Shown here: positions 37,700 through 38,971 of the stretch, piece after piece | Position numbering within the stretch: position 1 is the first letter of the stretch | How the letters are laid out: every line of letters starts with the position of its first letter | The notes under the pieces: model-generated | Seen by the model: only the letters and a program-made list of their open reading frames with translations | Told to the model about the DNA's origin: nothing | Databases searched by the model: none | Source of the DNA: Paramecium tetraurelia | Taxonomy: Eukaryota | Direction of reading: 5' to 3' | NCBI GenBank assembly: GCA_000165425.1 | Contig: CT868030.1 | Coordinates: 620,001-658,971, forward strand | DNA length: 38,971 nt | Made by a program: the position numbers and the translations under genes

Positions 37700-38480
37700 T
37701 TTAAGAGAATTATTATTATTAACATTCACACATATAATCCTATAAATTCAATTGGTTTAACTGGCTTCTTAAATGGAGTTAGGTAGCTCTTTCTTATTAA
37801 TTTTTTCTGCTTGTCTTCTGATCTTAGTATTTATTAACCAACACAATGAGATTAAAAAATTTTGATTGATATTTTAGTATATGTTTCTAAAATGATGAGC
37901 TTAGGAGTGCTATCCAAGTTTTATTATATAATTTAAATAATAGTGGGAAGTTATCTGGAAGCCAGCCATCTATTTGAGTGATAGGGGTAGAAAAAATTGT
38001 TGTTAATTAACACTTACTGTGATTTTAATATAACTTATTTTCATCTATTACTCTGTTTTTTTCAGGAATAGTCCTCCTATAGTTTCGATATTTGGTATTA
38101 AATAATGCAGTACTTATGTTGGCAATCTTTTGGATTTTTACAAACTGTTTAAAGGTTGCAGAGTATAATTATCCAATTTTTTTCCTAACACTTTAATATT
38201 TTTAAGTCGAGAAGGACGAAATAATGTTGAAGAACCGGGGTAAATGTATGTTTACCATAACTATATTCGAAATTACCAGCTGAATCTTTTATGAACCATA
38301 GCAGCTTTTATGTCAGGTTATTTACCGCCTGTTTTAGTTTTGTCATTTATAGTAAGATTTTCCCTTGGTGATAAATTTTATTCCCAGATACTTATATTAT
38401 ACTAACAAATGGTATCAGTAGAGTTCATCTGATTTAATTAATGTTGTTGATTTTGTTATTACTATGGTTACCAGTTCAAA
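37700..38480 (-). mobile_element. Decayed non-LTR retrotransposon (LINE-like) reverse-transcriptase C-terminal/thumb remnant; boundaries approximate
   Basis: Minus strand IPFVS/QYKYLGI (YKYLGI at 38379-38396), followed about 37 codons later by FRIQLWQTYIYP (38237-38269). Order and spacing match the LINE RT thumb region; frameshifted; no YADD motif seen. Confidence 0.55.
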
Positions 38481-38791
38481 TAAGTTGTGGATTAATATTA
38501 AATTTGTCTTATCTGACGACAAATGAACAAAATGCTGTAGATTTGATCTCTTATTAAGTGATCATATTTCGCTTTTGCAAAAGTCAAATTTGCTGCTAGG
38601 TAGCAAACAATAAAAATTAAATTGTATTTCTCTTATTAATAATTGTGTAACAAAGGACGATGCTACCATTTACAGAATATTAGACAAAAAGTTAGTATTT
38701 GTTTATAGTCGGTATTTTTTGACGAAAATAGTGAGTACTTTTTCGGAAATAGAAACTTATTAATAGTTTCGTTTACTTTACTTTATGACTT

Positions 38792-38971
38792 GCATTTGCT
38801 CACATACTGGATAATGCGACAATTCACAAAAATTAGACTGTAAAAGGTGTGTTGGATAGAATTCCTCACGTGTTTACACTACCGTATAGACCAGATTTGA
38901 ATCCTATTGAGCATGTGTTTTCTTGGTTAAAATAGTACTTGGTCAAAGAACAAGCACTTTTATTAAGCGCA
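38792..38971 (+). mobile_element. IS630/Tc1/mariner transposase fragment, DD32E type (runs off the window end; upstream part decayed)
   Basis: ILDNATIHKNQTVKGVLDRIPHVFTLPYRPDLNPIEHVFSWLKQYL; second Asp at 38810-38812, Glu at 38909-38911, with 32 residues between. Confidence 0.92.

Noticed and set aside
38502..38610. Short palindromes (atttgtc/gacaaat, cttttgcaaaag) as transposon ends
   Set aside because: Too short to be significant, and the partner TIR would lie outside the window.

Overview
AT-rich eukaryotic DNA from a ciliate, most likely Paramecium (aurelia group; inferred). Long ORFs appear only when TAA/TAG are read as Gln and TGA as the sole stop (translation table 6), and they are split by 20-31 nt GT(A)...(T)AG introns. 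The supplied standard-code ORF track is therefore mostly exon fragments or antisense shadows. Positions 1-34.4 kb are gene-dense and macronucleus-like, with spacers often only 22-100 nt. In order they encode: Kelch protein, cyclin, LSD1-type zinc-finger protein, TBC RabGAP, LRR protein, a tandem pair of paralogous type-I membrane proteins, importin-alpha, OSCA/TMEM63-like channel, AMPK-gamma-like CBS protein, an orphan, ribosomal protein L18a, an orphan, a pseudokinase, an S10 serine carboxypeptidase, an orphan, a 7TM GPCR-like protein, a CHORD-like zinc-finger protein, a degraded region, a small Tim-like protein, an ankyrin protein, an atypical tRNA-Ala(UGC), an orphan, a nucleoplasmin-like protein and a TLDc protein. 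After 34.4 kb the character changes abruptly: a WD40-repeat pseudogene, a decayed non-LTR reverse-transcriptase remnant and a DD32E IS630/Tc1/mariner transposase fragment, which together suggest a germline-like or imprecisely eliminated (chromosome-end) region. All gene models were translated by hand, so exact intron and start choices need RNA-seq confirmation.
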